Counted from the stretch's first letter, positions 31,209-42,102 are shown. The stretch: 64,000 nucleotides of DNA from a virus (IMGVR_UViG_2974673715_000001:64001-128000), one strand, 5' to 3'. Numbers and translations are program-made. Notes: generated by a model not told the origin, from the sequence alone.

Positions 31209-34200
31209 ATGGCAAATAGAATTCAATTAAGAAGAGGTGGCGCACAGGAATGGGCGAACTCTAACCCGACTCTTGCACAAGGTGAATTGGGTATCGAACT
31301 TGACACGGGTCGTTTTAAGATCGGTGATGGTGTATCTGCATGGAACACCTTAAGGTACGAACGTCCTGTAGAGTCTACATCTAATACTGCAAATACTTTA
31401 GTCCAAAGGGATGCTGATGGTAACTTCTCTGCAGGTACCATTACTTCTACTGTTATTGGTAACTCGTCTACTGCGTCTAGACTTGCTTCATCTAGACAAA
31501 TCCAACTCTCTAATGAGGTTACTGCTTCTGGTGTATTTGATGGTTCTCAAAACTTAAATCTATCTGCTGAATTAGCACTTGTTTCTACTTTACCACATTA
31601 CGATGGTACATCATCTCCCTCAGCAACTTACAATAAGGTAACTGTTGATGCTAAAGGTAGAGTAACAAACGCACAAGATTTTACTGCTTCTAACAATGGT
31701 ACTCTTGCTGATTATGGTCTTGATGGAACCAATGAAGGAACATCTGCACAACCATATGATTTAGACTTAGTTGCTTTAGCAGGTTTGACCACTACTGGTA
31801 TGATCTCTAGAACTGCTTCTAATACTGTAGCAACTAGAGCAATTACTGGAACTGCCACAAGAATCTCTGTAAGTGAGGGTGCAGGTATTTCTGGTAACCC
31901 AACTATTGATATGATTACCACTGCTGTTACAGCAGGTAACTATAATACGGAATCCCTGACATCTGTATCTGGTGCAGGTGGAAATGGCGAACCCTTTGGT
32001 ACCGCTACAGTTAACGCTACTAAGTTTACTGTTGATGCCTATGGTAGATTGACAAGTGCAACAAATGTGCCTATCGCTACTGCTGCAGAAGGTAGTAAGT
32101 ATGCTAGCTATAATGCAGGTACTACTTACGTTAGATATGACATCATTGCTAACGCATCAAAAGTTTACCAAGCCATCACTGGCATTGCTGCAGGTGCAGG
32201 TGCACCTACTCATAGTAGCGGTGACTCTGGCGGGTGGAGATATCTCGCTGCCGAAGCAACAGAGCAGAAGGGATTGGCTAGTTTTGCACAAGAAGATTTC
32301 GACGTTGACGCGAACGGGCACGTCACGATCGCCACCGCAGGAGTAGATAATACACAACTACAAAATAATAAACTTATTTTCACAGATGGAAATGCTGTTG
32401 AAAATTTTGAATTAGATAACGAACTTACAACTTCTACCGCCAACACTGGTTTTAATAAATTAAACTTTATTAAAATCAATAATACTTCTGGCGGTTTATT
32501 ATTTGGTGCTAATAATACTGGTGATAGTGGTGCAGGTGAGATCGATGTAAACGTACGTTCTTACTTTAGCGATCCTGATATCACTTTAGATGGTTCAGTT
32601 GCACAAACTCTAAACAAAACTGGTGATGGTAATCTTACTTTCACAACTACTCAAAACTCATCATCTGCAAGATCTTTAACAGTTTCAGCATCAAACTCTG
32701 GTTCTGGAACTAGCACAGTTACAATTACTGCAGAAGATGTTGTTGATATTGATGCCTCAGATTCAAACGGAAAAGTTCATGTCGAAGATTCTAGATTCCA
32801 AGATAACTACATTGCTACGTCTAATGCCACTATGCACCTTGATCCTGGTGATGATCGTGCTACTAGTGGGTTAGTTCGTGTTCATGGAGATTTACAGGTA
32901 GATGGTACGACTACGACAATTAATTCAACAGTTACAACAATTGATGATCCCATTATTACTCTTGGTGGCGATACTGCTCCAGGTAGTGATGACAATAAAG
33001 ATCGTGGAGTTGAATTCAGATACTACGACAATCAAGCAAGAATTGGATTCTTTGGTTACGATGATTCTTACACCGACCTCGGAGGACACGTCGGAGGATT
33101 TACATTTTTACACAACGCCACAAATACTTCAGAGGTCTTTAGTGGAACTGCGTCAGGTATAACTGCAGGTAATTTAAAACTTACAACAAATACTAACTCA
33201 ACATCTAATACTACAGGAGACTTAGTAGTTGCAGGTGGTGTTGGTATTGGAGATGATGTTAATATTGGTGGATTACTAGATGTAGATGGCACATTCCGTG
33301 CTAATAGCACATCTAGATTTGATGATAATATTGTATTCCAAGGTGCTTCTAAGACATTATCATTGAATAATGGTAGTGGAACGACTAAAATACAACTCCA
33401 CACTACTACAGGTAATGTAGAAATTGGTGGTATTTTAACAAATACTGGTGCTATTGATGCAAACAGCACTTTGAATGTCGCAGGTATTGTTCGTTTTGAA
33501 GATACAGATGAACCAACTGTTGCACAGAATGGTGGAACTGGTCTTTATGAAATTCAATCAAATGATTATGGTGCATTTAGATTTGATGGTGGTGGATATG
33601 TTGAAGGTGATACAGTATTCAACAGCGATGTTTTTATTAACGGTGTTCTAAACCAAAGAGATAGTGCTACAGAATCATTCGGTAATAGAAACTATCTAAA
33701 CATCAGATATAAATTACGTTCTGGTTCAAGTGCAGCGTATACTCCTTCATATGCATCTGATAATACCTCTAACTTGAGAATCTTTGGTGGTGCAGGTATT
33801 CAAACTGATCTCCATATTGGTGATGATCTTTATATTGGTAAACTAAACTCTGGTGACAGTGTTTCATTCCAAGTATTAGGAGAGTCAGGTAATACAACTA
33901 CTCAAGGAACATTAACTGTTGAAGGTCAAGCAACTATTAATGACTCTCTAATTGTTAATGCTTCTAACGAAAACTTTAAGATTCAAAATGGATCTGCTGC
34001 AGATAAATTTACAGTTGATACTGATAATGGTAATACTGTAATTCAAGGATCATTGAATGTTAACGGTGTTACTGATATTGATGCTGATTTTGCAGTTAGA
34101 AACGGAACGACTGATAAATTCTTTGTCGATAACGTAACTGGTAATACTAATATTGAAGGTACGTTGACTGCTGATGGTCATACTGAATTAAATTCAACAC

Positions 34201-37200
34201 TTAATGTTGATAATAATACAACACTTGGTTCACAACTTACAGTAACTGGTAACTCAGAGTTCAACGGAACTGTAGATGTTGATGCAAACTTTGCAGTCAG
34301 ATCAGGAACTACTGATAAGATGACTGTTGCATCTTCTACAGGTAACATAGCAACTGATGGAACACTAACAGTTCAAGGTGAAACACAGATCATTGACTCT
34401 CTTATTATCAATGCATCTAACGAAGAGTTTGCAGTTCAGAATGGTTCTGGAGTTGATAAATTTACTGTAGATACTGATAACGGTAATACAAATATTATCG
34501 GAACATTAACAGTTGCTGATGCTACTCAAATTAATAATACTCTTGGTGTTTCTAACGTTGTAACCTTAACAAGAAACACTCAGCAAACTCTGACTGGATC
34601 TTATTCTGCTGATGGTGCATTCAAACTAACTGGTGGTGCAGGTATCGGTAAAAACCTTGCTGTTGGTGAAGGTCTAAGAGTATATGGAGGCACTGAACTT
34701 ACTGGTGCTCTTGATCTTAATAATAGTGCTGATATATCTGGTGCTTTAGTAACTCATGATGATGTTACTATCACTGCAGATAATAAGATGTTCAAGGTGC
34801 AGAATGCTTCTGCAGCGAACAAGTTTACAGTCGATACCGATAATGGTAACACTGATATTCAAGGAACATTGGATGTTGCAGGTGATGTAACTGCATCATC
34901 TGACCTTACAGTCACAGGAAATCTTACAGTCAATGGAACAACAACTACTGTCAATTCTACGGTCACAACAATCGATGACCCTGTTATTACTGTTGGTGGT
35001 GATACAGCACCCGCGTCTAATGATGGAAAGGATCGTGGTATTGAATTTCGTTATTATGATGGTTCTGCTAAAATCGGTTTCTTCGGTTTTGATAGATCAT
35101 CCTCCCAATTCCAATTCTTAACAAGTGCAACAAATACTTCTGAAGTTCTCTCAGGAACAGATGGTGCTCTAAGAGCAGGTAGTTTAAATCTTACTGGTGC
35201 GGGCACATCTCTTGATGTTGATGCTAATGCAAACATTGATGGCACACTGACTGTAGATGGTCAGATTATTTCACAAGTATCTTCAGGTCCTGCTCTTGTT
35301 ATCCCAACAACAGATAAGATTAATAATCTTAACGCAGACTTACTAGATGGTGCTACAACCGCAACTGCTGCAACTGCATCCACAGTTGTTCTTCGTGATT
35401 CATCTGGTGATTTTGCTGCCAATCAAATCACTGCTGCTAGTGCTGCAGGATCTGGTGCAGGTTTCTTAGGAAACGCATCCACTGCTGACGCATGGAAGAC
35501 TGCTAGAACACTCACCATTAGCGGTGTTGTATCTGGTTCTGTAGTCATCGATGGAAGTGAAAATGAAACACTTACAACAACTTATGTTGATGCAGACATC
35601 ACTGCTCTAGCAGCGATGAGTGGAACTGGTTATGTCGTACGAACTGCTGCTAACACTTATGCCCAAAGAACTCTCCAAGTCACCGCATCGTCTGGAATCA
35701 CTCTTACTAACGCTGATGGCGTTTCTGGTAATACTACAATTAACGTTGCTAGTGCATCTTCTAATTCTGCAAACAACCTCGTCCTAAGAGACGGATCTGG
35801 TAACTTTGCTGCAGGAACTATCACTGCTGCCTTAACTGGTAATGTCACAGGTAATGTAACTGGTAACGTTACTGGTCAGGTATCTGATATCTCAAACCAT
35901 GATACTGGTGATCTTACTGAGGGATCTAACCTCTACTACACTAATGAAAGAGTTGACGATAGAGTCAATGCTCTTATTACTGCAGGAACTGGTATTACTA
36001 AGGTTTACGATGACGCTGCAAATACATATACACTGACTGTAACTCAGTCAGATATCAATACTGATAATGTAACTGAAGGATCAACAAATCTATTCACAAC
36101 TGCTGCTAGAACTAGAACTCATTTCACATATGGAACTGGTATCACACATAGTTCTGGAACTTTATCAGTTACTCAGTCTGATATTAATACTGACAACGTA
36201 ACTGAAGGATCAACTAACCTCTTTACTACTGCTGCTAGAACAAGAACACACTTTACATACGGAACTGGTATTACACACAGTTCTGGAACTTTATCAGTTA
36301 CACAATCAGATATCAACACTGATAATATTACTGAAGGTTCTACAAACCTATTCATTACTAATGAACGTGTTGATGATAGAGTCAACGCCTTAACTGTTGC
36401 AGGAACTGGTGTAAGTAAGACATATGATGACGCTGCAGGAACTCTAACTTTAGCAGTTGACTTTAGTGAGTTTAATACTGGCAATATTACAGAGGGTTCT
36501 AACCTTTACTTTACAAACACTCGTGCTGATGCAAGGGCAGACTTGAAAGTTGCTGCTGCAACTGGTTCAAACCTTGATCTTTCTTCTAAGTCTACTTCCG
36601 ATCTTTCTGAAGGAACTAATCAATACTATACAGAAACAAGAGTTCAAGCAAAACTTGACAATGCTTATGAGCAACTAAGAGCAATGTTAACTAACCTTGC
36701 AACTAGCACCACTCTAAATCTTAACTTGTCTGGTGATCCTACACCTGGCGCAGTCGTTACCACTGGTGTTAGTGTTGGTGGTGGCGGTGGATTTACTGCA
36801 GGAACTGCGGTTGCTACATCTGGTTCAGCAACTGGATCTGGATTGACTGTTGATACTACGGTTGATAGTGATGGAAACATCACTGCTGCTGCGGTAAATG
36901 CAGGTGGTTCTGGATATCTAATTACTGATACTGTCACAGTCACTAACCCCAACGCAGGTAAGATTCTTACATTGAACTTGGCAACATTATCAGGTGGAAC
37001 AGGTTATTCATCTGCTACTGGAGTTGCAGTCACTGGGGGTGACGGTTCTTCTGCGACTGTTGACATTACTGCATCTGCAGGTGCTATCACTAACGTAACA
37101 GTTAATAACGGTGGAACAGGATTCGCTGCGGGTAATACTATAACTATTGCTAATGCTAATGCTACTGGAGTTAAGACTCTTGGATCTATTAGTGCTGCAG

Positions 37201-37919
37201 GATCTGGATATTCAACAGGAACTGCCATTGCAACATCAGCGTCCGCATCTGGATCTGGAGCAACATTAAATATCACTTCTGTCAATGCTAGTGGTGGTAT
37301 CACTGGTGTTGCAATCAACGATGATGGATCTGGTTACGCTGCATCTGAAGTCTTGACAATTACTAATGCTAACGCATCTGGTATCGCAACAGTAGGAAAC
37401 ATTGGTGCTGCTGATGCATCAAGAACTGCAGGAACCTATAACTTAGGCACATCTGATTATGGAACTGAAGCATCTGGTGCCAACGCAACATTCACTGTTG
37501 TTGTTGATTCAAATGGTGCTGCTTCTATCACCGTAACAGATGATGGTAGCGGATTTATCGCCAATGAAACTATCACAGTTGCTGATGCTCAACTTGGTGG
37601 TGGCGGTGGTGCTGCTCTTACATTCGATGTAACAGCAATCCATGGTAGCACTGCTACAGTTCCAGTATCTGCGATTCATGGAAACGGTGCAACAGTTAAT
37701 GTCGCTACCGTTGCAACAAATGCAACTCTAACTCTAACTGACATCACAACGATGGAAGTTGGAGCAACAGTTACAGGTGCTACTTCTGGCACCACAGGTG
37801 TTATCACTGCTCTGGGAACTAACCAGATCACTGTCAATACCGTTGACGGATTCTTCAAGAAAGGAGAAGTCGTCAGTGCTAATGATGTTACTACACTTAC
37901 TATCTCCTCATTCAGTTAA
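31209..37919 (+). CDS. Long fiber / tail-fiber-like protein
   Basis: The N-terminus RIQLRRGGAQEW...NPTLAQGELGIELDTGRFKIGDG resembles Mtd_N/hyaluronidase-N. It also has VTVDAKGRVT repeats, a CBM5/12-like module (YNAGTTYVRYDII..YQA...WRYL), KFTVDTDNGNT repeats, NLNADLLDG and TEGSNLY repeats. It sits in the position of wac, before gp13. Confidence 0.75.
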   Translation: MANRIQLRRGGAQEWANSNPTLAQGELGIELDTGRFKIGDGVSAWNTLRYERPVESTSNTANTLVQRDADGNFSAGTITSTVIGNSSTASRLASSRQIQLSNEVTASGVFDGSQNLNLSAELALVSTLPHYDGTSSPSATYNKVTVDAKGRVTNAQDFTASNNGTLADYGLDGTNEGTSAQPYDLDLVALAGLTTTGMISRTASNTVATRAITGTATRISVSEGAGISGNPTIDMITTAVTAGNYNTESLTSVSGAGGNGEPFGTATVNATKFTVDAYGRLTSATNVPIATAAEGSKYASYNAGTTYVRYDIIANASKVYQAITGIAAGAGAPTHSSGDSGGWRYLAAEATEQKGLASFAQEDFDVDANGHVTIATAGVDNTQLQNNKLIFTDGNAVENFELDNELTTSTANTGFNKLNFIKINNTSGGLLFGANNTGDSGAGEIDVNVRSYFSDPDITLDGSVAQTLNKTGDGNLTFTTTQNSSSARSLTVSASNSGSGTSTVTITAEDVVDIDASDSNGKVHVEDSRFQDNYIATSNATMHLDPGDDRATSGLVRVHGDLQVDGTTTTINSTVTTIDDPIITLGGDTAPGSDDNKDRGVEFRYYDNQARIGFFGYDDSYTDLGGHVGGFTFLHNATNTSEVFSGTASGITAGNLKLTTNTNSTSNTTGDLVVAGGVGIGDDVNIGGLLDVDGTFRANSTSRFDDNIVFQGASKTLSLNNGSGTTKIQLHTTTGNVEIGGILTNTGAIDANSTLNVAGIVRFEDTDEPTVAQNGGTGLYEIQSNDYGAFRFDGGGYVEGDTVFNSDVFINGVLNQRDSATESFGNRNYLNIRYKLRSGSSAAYTPSYASDNTSNLRIFGGAGIQTDLHIGDDLYIGKLNSGDSVSFQVLGESGNTTTQGTLTVEGQATINDSLIVNASNENFKIQNGSAADKFTVDTDNGNTVIQGSLNVNGVTDIDADFAVRNGTTDKFFVDNVTGNTNIEGTLTADGHTELNSTLNVDNNTTLGSQLTVTGNSEFNGTVDVDANFAVRSGTTDKMTVASSTGNIATDGTLTVQGETQIIDSLIINASNEEFAVQNGSGVDKFTVDTDNGNTNIIGTLTVADATQINNTLGVSNVVTLTRNTQQTLTGSYSADGAFKLTGGAGIGKNLAVGEGLRVYGGTELTGALDLNNSADISGALVTHDDVTITADNKMFKVQNASAANKFTVDTDNGNTDIQGTLDVAGDVTASSDLTVTGNLTVNGTTTTVNSTVTTIDDPVITVGGDTAPASNDGKDRGIEFRYYDGSAKIGFFGFDRSSSQFQFLTSATNTSEVLSGTDGALRAGSLNLTGAGTSLDVDANANIDGTLTVDGQIISQVSSGPALVIPTTDKINNLNADLLDGATTATAATASTVVLRDSSGDFAANQITAASAAGSGAGFLGNASTADAWKTARTLTISGVVSGSVVIDGSENETLTTTYVDADITALAAMSGTGYVVRTAANTYAQRTLQVTASSGITLTNADGVSGNTTINVASASSNSANNLVLRDGSGNFAAGTITAALTGNVTGNVTGNVTGQVSDISNHDTGDLTEGSNLYYTNERVDDRVNALITAGTGITKVYDDAANTYTLTVTQSDINTDNVTEGSTNLFTTAARTRTHFTYGTGITHSSGTLSVTQSDINTDNVTEGSTNLFTTAARTRTHFTYGTGITHSSGTLSVTQSDINTDNITEGSTNLFITNERVDDRVNALTVAGTGVSKTYDDAAGTLTLAVDFSEFNTGNITEGSNLYFTNTRADARADLKVAAATGSNLDLSSKSTSDLSEGTNQYYTETRVQAKLDNAYEQLRAMLTNLATSTTLNLNLSGDPTPGAVVTTGVSVGGGGGFTAGTAVATSGSATGSGLTVDTTVDSDGNITAAAVNAGGSGYLITDTVTVTNPNAGKILTLNLATLSGGTGYSSATGVAVTGGDGSSATVDITASAGAITNVTVNNGGTGFAAGNTITIANANATGVKTLGSISAAGSGYSTGTAIATSASASGSGATLNITSVNASGGITGVAINDDGSGYAASEVLTITNANASGIATVGNIGAADASRTAGTYNLGTSDYGTEASGANATFTVVVDSNGAASITVTDDGSGFIANETITVADAQLGGGGGAALTFDVTAIHGSTATVPVSAIHGNGATVNVATVATNATLTLTDITTMEVGATVTGATSGTTGVITALGTNQITVNTVDGFFKKGEVVSANDVTTLTISSFS
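36039..36360 (+). repeat. In-frame tandem repeat, 129-nt (43-aa) period, about 2.5 copies
   Basis: VTQSDINTDNVTEGSTNLFTTAARTRTHFTYGTGITHSSGTLS units start at 36039, 36168 and 36297. Confidence 0.9.
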
Positions 37920-37925
37920 TAAGTT

Positions 37926-38732
37926 ATGTCTGCCACTAGACCCGTAAATAAAACTGAACTACGAGACTATGCTCTCCGTCGTTTAGGATTTCCTACTATA
38001 GACATCAACGTTGCTACTGAGCAATTAGATGATTTGATAGAAGAAGCGATTGATTTCTATCAAGAGTTTCACTATGAAGGTAGTTACAAATCCTTCATGT
38101 TTATTGAAGTTACAGATGCTATTAAAACAGCAGCAAAAAGTTCAACTCAACAAGGATCTACCAATTGGTATGAGAACAATAACTATGTTTCATTACCACC
38201 TAACATCTTAGGAGTCAATCAGGTATATACACAGATTGGTGCTTCTAGTATTGTGCCTGGTAACATGTTCAATATTAAGTATCAAATCTTTTTAAATGAT
38301 ATATACGCTATGACCCATGGTCATATTCTTCATTACTTTATGACATCTCAATATCTTGAGACACTTGATTTTGTAACAAACTCTAGTAGGAGTAGAAGAG
38401 TAAGATATAACGAGAAACAAGGTAGATTGTATCTCGATATGGATTGGGATTCATTGGGAACAGGAGACAAAATTTTAGTCGAAGTTCTCGTACGTCAAGA
38501 TCCAGAAACTTATACAGCGATGTATAATGACAACTGGTTAAAAGATTATGTTGAAGCATTATTTCAACAACAATGGGGAAGAAACCTAAGTAAGTATGAT
38601 GGCATTCAAATGTTAGGTGGCGTCACACTTAATGGTCGTCAAATTCTTGAGGACGCAAGTCAATTCAAGAAAGACCTTGAAGATAAAATTCGTGATACAT
38701 ATGAACTTCCTCCTTTAGACTTAGTGGGGTAA
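37926..38732 (+). CDS. gp13: Neck protein gp13
   Basis: ELRDYALRRLGFPTIDINVATEQLDDLI and QQWGRNLSKYDGIQMLGGVTLNG; synteny. Confidence 0.92.
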   Translation: MSATRPVNKTELRDYALRRLGFPTIDINVATEQLDDLIEEAIDFYQEFHYEGSYKSFMFIEVTDAIKTAAKSSTQQGSTNWYENNNYVSLPPNILGVNQVYTQIGASSIVPGNMFNIKYQIFLNDIYAMTHGHILHYFMTSQYLETLDFVTNSSRSRRVRYNEKQGRLYLDMDWDSLGTGDKILVEVLVRQDPETYTAMYNDNWLKDYVEALFQQQWGRNLSKYDGIQMLGGVTLNGRQILEDASQFKKDLEDKIRDTYELPPLDLVG

Positions 38733-38738
38733 TCTCTA

Positions 38739-39671
38739 ATGGTATTTCGCAACTCTCCTGCACAAGATTATGTTCAATCGGATTATTCTAACGCAGGACG
38801 CTTCAAAGCAAATGGTTCTGCACAGGAACAAAAATTTATTGAAAATCTAGTAGTTGAAAGCATTGAAATCTATGGGCAAGATATTTACTACGTTCCGAGA
38901 ACGATTGTCAACAAAGATACGGTCTTTGGAGAGGACTCGGATTCGCAATTCGATACTGCGAAACCGATTAGAGCATATGTCAATAATGCTGAAGGATGGG
39001 AAGGACAAGGTGAGTTACTTAGCAAATTTGGAGTCCGTATCGAAGACAAGACAACTTTTATATTCTCCCGTGAGAAATTTAAAGAGCATGTGGACGATAG
39101 TGTCACGCTTAACGTCGAAGGGAGACCAAACGAAGGGGACTTAATCTGGTTTCCAACAACAAAGCATTTATTTGAAATACAATTCGTAGAAGCAGAAAAA
39201 CCATTTTATCAATTAGGAAAAGGATATGTTTGGGAATGTCAGTGTGAACTCTTTGAATACAGTGACGAAGATCTTGACACAGGAATCGCAGAGATCGATG
39301 CAATCGAAGCTGCCTTTGCTAATGCTATTACAGTTAACTTTGCTACTGGAGGGTCTAGCGATTTCACAGTTGGTGAAATTGTTGCAGGAGGTACATCTAA
39401 CGTGACTGCTGAAGTTAAAGCATGGGATTCTACAACTAGACAGTTACAGGTCTTTAATCGTTCAGGTGTCTTTACGATACCTGAAACGGTTACAGGACAG
39501 ACCTCAGGTGCTGCTTGGACAACTGCATCATACAACACACTAAATAATGTTAATACCGCTAACTCTATTGATCAAAACAACGATTTTGAAACTTTGGATA
39601 ACGATATTATTGACTTTACCGAAACTAATCCATTCGGTTCAATTGGTTCCGTTACTGACACTACAATCTAA
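38739..39671 (+). CDS. gp14: Neck protein gp14
   Basis: ESIEIYGQDIYYVPR, PNEGDLIWFP and FYQLGKGYVWECQCELFEYS. Confidence 0.92.
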   Translation: MVFRNSPAQDYVQSDYSNAGRFKANGSAQEQKFIENLVVESIEIYGQDIYYVPRTIVNKDTVFGEDSDSQFDTAKPIRAYVNNAEGWEGQGELLSKFGVRIEDKTTFIFSREKFKEHVDDSVTLNVEGRPNEGDLIWFPTTKHLFEIQFVEAEKPFYQLGKGYVWECQCELFEYSDEDLDTGIAEIDAIEAAFANAITVNFATGGSSDFTVGEIVAGGTSNVTAEVKAWDSTTRQLQVFNRSGVFTIPETVTGQTSGAAWTTASYNTLNNVNTANSIDQNNDFETLDNDIIDFTETNPFGSIGSVTDTTI

Positions 39672-40456
39672 TGTTAGGCACTTATTCATATCACGAAATT
39701 TTTAGGAAGACTATCGTTGCTTTTGGAACGTTATTCAATAATATTGAATTACGTCGTAATGATGAAGTTATGAAAGTACCTTTAGCGTACGGTCCTAAAC
39801 AAAAATTCTTAGCAAGGTTAGATCAAGTTCCTGATCCAACCAACAAAAGAGTTCAACTTACTCTACCCAGAATCTCTTTTGAAATTAACGGGGTATCATA
39901 TGATAGTGCAAGAAAACTTGCACCCACACAAAAGATCAAGATGGCAAGCAGTTCTACTACAAATAAGAACGTGTTTATGCCTGTTCCTTATAATCTTGGT
40001 TTTGAACTAGCAATCATCTCTAAAAATCAAGAAGATGGTTTACAAATTTTAGAACAGATTCTACCAATATTCCAACCTCATTTCAATATGGCAGTAAAAC
40101 TATTGCCTGAGATGACTGAGATTAGAGACATTCCCGTAGTCCTCAATGACGTCGAATATGAAGATGACTATGAGGGTAACTTTACTACAAGAAGAGCGAT
40201 CATTTATACCTTACAATTTACTGCAAAAACTTATCTATACGGTCCTGTATCAGAACCAAAAGTTATCAAAAAGGCAATTACAGATTACTATACAGATACC
40301 AATACTACATCTGCACCAAGAGAAGTAAGGTATACTGTTGTTCCTAATCCTCTCACAGCAGATGCTGATGATGATTTCGGATTCGGAGAGACTACTGCAG
40401 TCTTTACAGATAACAAGAAACGTAATCCTACTAGTGGTGCTGACGAGGCAATTTAA
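39671..40456 (+). CDS. gp15: Tail sheath stabilizer / completion protein gp15
   Basis: YHEIFRKTIVAFGTLFNNI, KVPLAYGPKQKFLARL and LPRISFE; synteny. Confidence 0.92.
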   Translation: MLGTYSYHEIFRKTIVAFGTLFNNIELRRNDEVMKVPLAYGPKQKFLARLDQVPDPTNKRVQLTLPRISFEINGVSYDSARKLAPTQKIKMASSSTTNKNVFMPVPYNLGFELAIISKNQEDGLQILEQILPIFQPHFNMAVKLLPEMTEIRDIPVVLNDVEYEDDYEGNFTTRRAIIYTLQFTAKTYLYGPVSEPKVIKKAITDYYTDTNTTSAPREVRYTVVPNPLTADADDDFGFGETTAVFTDNKKRNPTSGADEAI

Positions 40457-40458
40457 TC

Positions 40459-40890
40459 ATGTCAAATCCTTTCGATGGTCTCAACGATGCTTTTGGAACT
40501 GAACCTACAGAACTTCAAAAGCATGTTGAAAAAGTAAAACCTACTCTGAAAAAAACAGAGACTGAAGATGTGAAGCAAGACTACGAGTTATCTCGTGCTG
40601 CTTTACATAGTTTAGTGATGAAAGGACAAGAAGCAGTGGATGGTATATTGGAAGTAGCACAAGCATCAGATCATCCTCGTGCGTATGAAGTTGCTGCAAC
40701 AACGATTAAGAACGTAGCAGATACTGCTGATAAACTAATTGATCTTCAGAAAAAGATGAAAGAGTTAGATGCTGAGGATAAAAAGAATGCACCTTCTACA
40801 GTAAACAATACTATGTTTGTTGGTAGCACTGCAGAGTTACAGAAAATGTTAAAGCAGCAAAAAGAGATAAATAAAAAGGACGAGAAATAA
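40459..40890 (+). CDS. gp16: Terminase small subunit gp16
   Basis: DYELSR..L, HPRAYEVAA and NNTMFVGSTAELQKML. Confidence 0.92.
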   Translation: MSNPFDGLNDAFGTEPTELQKHVEKVKPTLKKTETEDVKQDYELSRAALHSLVMKGQEAVDGILEVAQASDHPRAYEVAATTIKNVADTADKLIDLQKKMKELDAEDKKNAPSTVNNTMFVGSTAELQKMLKQQKEINKKDEK

Positions 40891-40901
40891 CAACACACGA
40901 C

Positions 40902-41438
40902 ATGTCAGTATTAAATGTTCTTAGCACTAATACAGTTGCAGCAGGTGCAACTGAATATCAAGTAATTCAAACAGGATATTACAGAGTTGGATCTACTGCA
41001 GGTGCAGCAACTGTATCACTTAATGGTGGTCCTGCAATCACACTTGTTCAGAATGAATTCATTCTTCTCAAAGGTGGAAAACCTGGTCAAGCAAGAATTG
41101 TAAAAGCAGTATCTGATTCTACTGGTGACTATATCCTAGGTCAGCATATTCATTCTACAGGTGATGCACATCCATTCTCATCTGGTGATTTTATCGCAGT
41201 TGAAGATGATAGCACATCTCCTGCTATTGATAGTAACTTCCTTTCTGCAGGAACTGCAGGTAAAAAGATTACTGCTGTCACAGGAAACACAATCGCTACT
41301 GATATTGATTCATCAGGTGCATCAGCAGATTACACTTTTGCCTTCTCAGGTCCTCAAGCAGTTGTTAAAAGATGCATTAAAATCGTTGCTGCTACAAGTG
41401 CAGTGATTATTGAAGAGATTCAAGTCGTTGGTGGTTAA
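40902..41438 (+). CDS. Hypothetical (probable virion) protein
   Basis: 178-aa beta-rich ORF preceded by a GATAAATA late-promoter-like sequence at 40866-40873. Confidence 0.7.
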   Translation: MSVLNVLSTNTVAAGATEYQVIQTGYYRVGSTAGAATVSLNGGPAITLVQNEFILLKGGKPGQARIVKAVSDSTGDYILGQHIHSTGDAHPFSSGDFIAVEDDSTSPAIDSNFLSAGTAGKKITAVTGNTIATDIDSSGASADYTFAFSGPQAVVKRCIKIVAATSAVIIEEIQVVGG

Positions 41439-41439
41439 G

Positions 41440-42102
41440 ATGCCCGCTGTAAATCAAGAGGCAGAGAGAATAGTTAAAGGGATGAAGAAGAATCGTCATC
41501 GCTTTAAGAAACTCTATGGAGATCGAGATAAAGAAGTTATGTACGCTACTGCTAATAAGTTAGCACAAAAAGAACAATTGAAAGTTATGTACTATCAAGA
41601 TTTCATTAAACTAGTCGAAGGTAATCCTACTACAAGGATGCTATCGAAAGCAAAGTCAAAGACTACTGGAAACATTTCTGCTGATCGTGGAACTGACGAA
41701 AAGAAGAATAGGGAAAGTAGAAAGTCTCTTGAAAAAGATCTTAAGAAGAAAGGTATAGGTTATAAAAAGGGTGTAGGGGAGTATAAATATTCCTCAGGTG
41801 AAGGAACAGGACGTGAGGTTTCATACCAAACTACTCCTGCAAAAGGAATGTCTAAGAGACGTTTCGGTAAAGTTATGCGTCGTCTAGGACGTAAGCATGG
41901 TCAAGAATCAGTTATCACTAAGAAGGCAGGTAAACCTGCTAGACTACATGATACTGAGTCTAAAAAACCATCTAAGTCTATGAACTTAGGTAAGGCAAAA
42001 CCAGGTAAAAATCCTGGTGGTTTCGGAGAAACTTCTGGTACTAAAGTCAGAAAAGGTAAACTAGGTAAAACTAACAAACCCGCGATGCACTATGGCAACT
42101 AA
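41440..42102 (+). CDS. Lys/Arg-rich hypothetical protein, candidate capsid internal protein
   Basis: The ATG at 41440 (MPAVNQEAER...) directly follows the upstream stop. The protein is very basic and has an internal MYYQDFIKLVE segment. Confidence 0.7.
   Translation: MPAVNQEAERIVKGMKKNRHRFKKLYGDRDKEVMYATANKLAQKEQLKVMYYQDFIKLVEGNPTTRMLSKAKSKTTGNISADRGTDEKKNRESRKSLEKDLKKKGIGYKKGVGEYKYSSGEGTGREVSYQTTPAKGMSKRRFGKVMRRLGRKHGQESVITKKAGKPARLHDTESKKPSKSMNLGKAKPGKNPGGFGETSGTKVRKGKLGKTNKPAMHYGN

Noticed and set aside
31209-31370. Mtd_N-like N-terminus suggesting a diversity-generating retroelement target
   Set aside because: No reverse transcriptase, C-type lectin variable region or adenine-specific TR/VR repeat pair is seen in the window, and this N-terminal domain is common in fibers.
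36039-36360. Direct repeats as a possible CRISPR array
   Set aside because: They are 129-nt in-frame coding repeats with synonymous variation and no unique spacers.
225-37858. Numerous short alternative-frame and minus-strand ORFs within the large structural genes
   Set aside because: These are shadow ORFs expected from the strongly biased codon usage. They are Leu-rich or Ser/Asn/Ile-rich and lack an RBS or recognisable motifs.
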